Shown here piece by piece: positions 61,524-64,000 of a DNA stretch of 64,000 nt; positions within the stretch are counted from its first letter, which is position 1; every line of letters starts with the position of its first letter. The translations under genes were made by a program, and so were the position numbers. This stretch comes from Zootoca vivipara. Its lineage: Eukaryota. Location of the stretch: contig NC_083276.1 of assembly GCF_963506605.1 (NCBI RefSeq), forward strand, positions 82,398,001-82,462,000. Reading direction: 5' to 3'. The notes below the pieces were generated by a model. The model saw nothing but the letters and a program-made list of their open reading frames with translations, had not been told where the DNA came from and searched no databases.

Positions 61524-62459
61524 TTAATTTAATGAGATCTTTCCATTCATCCTTAGGAAAGCATTCTTCACATCTTTATTTCTCAGACTGTAGATGAAAG
61601 GATTTAGCATTGGGATCACAAGAGTATAGAACACGGAAACAATTTTATCTTCATCCTTTGAGACATTGGAATTGGGCCTCAGATACATAAAGGTGATGGT
61701 CCCATAGAAGATTGTGACAGACGTGAGATGGGAGGCACAGGTGGAAAAAGCTTTGTGTCTCCCCTGGGCAGAGCGAATCCGCAGAATGGCAAAAATAATG
61801 TAGATATAGGAGATGAGGATAATCAACAAAGTGGCTGTGACTATTGCAGTAGAAAATATTAAATGCACAGTGTTAGCCAGTTCTGTGCTTGAACAGGAAA
61901 GTTTCAGGATGGGAGGAATGTCACAAAAGAAATGATTGATAACATTTGAGCTGCAGAAGGACAGGCTAAATATCAACGAAGTCTGAGCAGCTGAATTTAC
62001 AAAGCCACAAATATATGCACCTATTACTAAGACCAGACAGAGCTTTTTAGACATGGCAGCAAAATAGAGTAATGGGTTGCAAATGGCAGTGAAACGATCA
62101 TAAGCCATAATAGCTAGAAGACAAGTTTCAACTGTGATAAATAAACACAAAAAGAAAAATTGCATGGTACACTCTGTGAATGCAATAGCATTGCTGTTCG
62201 CTACAAAGGTCATCAGCAACCTGGGAGCGATAGTAGTGGAATAGCAAACATCAACCAAGGACAGGTTGCTGAGAAAAAAGTACATGGGAGTGTGCAGGTT
62301 TGCATCAAGGGTAGCTAGTATGATGATGCCAATATTTCCTGACACTGTGACAATGTAGATCAAGAGGAACAGCAGGAAGAGAAGGGCCCACAGCTCTGGA
62401 TATTCCATAAAGCCCAGAAGGATGAATTCAGTCACCATGGTTTGATTTGTGTACTCCAT
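61524..62459 (-). CDS. Olfactory receptor, MEYTN subfamily copy E (intact, inverted)
   Basis: 311 aa with all OR motifs. Confidence 0.97.
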   Translation of the reverse strand: MEYTNQTMVTEFILLGFMEYPELWALLFLLFLLIYIVTVSGNIGIIILATLDANLHTPMYFFLSNLSLVDVCYSTTIAPRLLMTFVANSNAIAFTECTMQFFFLCLFITVETCLLAIMAYDRFTAICNPLLYFAAMSKKLCLVLVIGAYICGFVNSAAQTSLIFSLSFCSSNVINHFFCDIPPILKLSCSSTELANTVHLIFSTAIVTATLLIILISYIYIIFAILRIRSAQGRHKAFSTCASHLTSVTIFYGTITFMYLRPNSNVSKDEDKIVSVFYTLVIPMLNPFIYSLRNKDVKNAFLRMNGKISLN

Positions 62460-62817
62460 TATTTATCCCATAGTTTCCCTAGGAGGAAAAGCAAAAAGCA
62501 AATAAAAAACAAGTAATTTTATTTATTTATTCTTAAAAATTATCATGAAAACATGCCAGCATTTTAGTGTGAAATTCTTTCAATAAACACATTTTTGCAT
62601 GCAGTTTCAATTAATATATACCGTACATATTAGAGTGATTTCACCTAATTCAGTTCTCTGTGTTATTTCCAGTAATGTATTCATTTTTGTGCACCCTTCC
62701 CCCAATATATGCATTTTTGTACATTTTATTAGGTGGAAGAACTGCATCACAAAATTCAGAGAAGTGTAGATTTGGTCAAAGATTTGGGTTATCATATTGG
62801 TTTGAAAAGTGCAAACT

Positions 62818-63052
62818 GAGTTTGGATTTGATATCCCACTTTATCACTACCATAAGGAGTCTCAAAGCGGCTAACATTCTCCTTTCCCTTCCTCCCCCAC
62901 AACAAACACTCTGTGAGGTGAGTGGGGCTGAGAGACTTCAAAGAAGTGCGACTAGTCCAAGGTCACCCAGCAGCTGCATGTGGAGAATCAGAGACATGAA
63001 CTCGGTTCACCAGGTTACGAGAATACCGTTCTTAACCACTACACCACACTGG
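62818..63052 (-). mobile_element. CORE-type SINE (Squam3-like)
   Basis: Same sequence family as 21128-21369. Confidence 0.82.
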
Positions 63053-64000
63053 TGTACACCAGACAAGACAGTACAGGACAGACTTAGGACCTAAGAATGC
63101 AGGTTGTGCCAAAAACAGCAGGGTAAGGAGTAATTTCAAATGAAAGGCAGGAGGGGGTGCTGAACCCTATCTCTGCTCTCCACTTTCCCACTGCAAACTG
63201 CTCACACACCTGCTTTTCTCCGAGATGCAATTTGAGATTAGCAATTAATGACAGGATTCACCTAACCAGCCTTGTCAGAGGAAGACACAGACTTATACTT
63301 TTACACTTTCTACCCTCTTCTTCCTCAACACCCCAGAAATTGGCTCAAGGGGGTTGGGTAATCAGTACACTTACGAAAGAGACGGGGATCATTTCATCTG
63401 ACAAACTGCAATACTTGCACAGACAGAATATTTAGAAAAGTGTGGCATTAGCCTAATTCATTTTGCCCATTCACAACTAGGATTTTTTTTAAGTGGCTAT
63501 ACGTTTTGACAGGAGTGGATGATATCTGCAAACATAGTAGCCTCTTTCCCCAAGCAGCTTGGAATGATAAATGTAATTTTTTCTTGATTAGGCAAAATAC
63601 CAACAAAAATTGATATGTATTTCCCTAAAGTTTTTTAAAAAAAAATAAATAAATAACTTTGCAAATGTTGTGGAAACGGGGAAAACAGAATTAGTGACTG
63701 GAAAAAATAAGGCAGTAAGAAAAACTGAAATTGACATATTCACCAATGTCTAATTCTGACAAGTGTCACAAGTTTTCCCACATCATCCATATGTTTTGTT
63801 CACAAAACGTTGGTCTTTTAGAATATCCTTAATGAGCCCTATTACAGCAAAGGGGGAGCTCCATGTAGTCTTTCTAAATCCATCAAATTTGAGACTTCCA
63901 TATAATTTCATGTTTCTTTTCCCACATTCTTTTTACTTTTAATGTCATCATCTCTGCCACTTGAGTAAACAGAACTTTAAAGCTGGGGGAAATTGTGCTC

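Overview
Eukaryotic genomic DNA from a squamate, most likely a lacertid lizard (inferred from Sauria/Squam-type SINEs, BovB with (CAA)n tails and CR1 LINEs). The window is part of a class II (gamma, OR5-like) olfactory receptor cluster: 9 intact single-exon OR ORFs, 1 full-length pseudogene, 1 3'-half duplicate and 1 small relic. The last 20 kb is a recently expanded subfamily (MEYTN... genes) built by tandem and inverted duplication, with mosaic patterns that suggest gene conversion, focused on TM5. Intergenic DNA is dense with transposons, many with readable target-site duplications (TSDs): CR1, BovB/RTE, L1-derived elements, SINEs, solo LTRs, hAT and Tc1/pogo MITEs, including a four-level nested stack at 10.8-14.5 kb. 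The most notable non-coding signal is a 141-bp Penelope-like insertion carrying a minimal type I hammerhead ribozyme motif (24104-24139, minus strand). That class of motif is known. I found nothing I can call a wholly new biological system with confidence. Repeat family names come from recalled sequence similarity, not from database searches.
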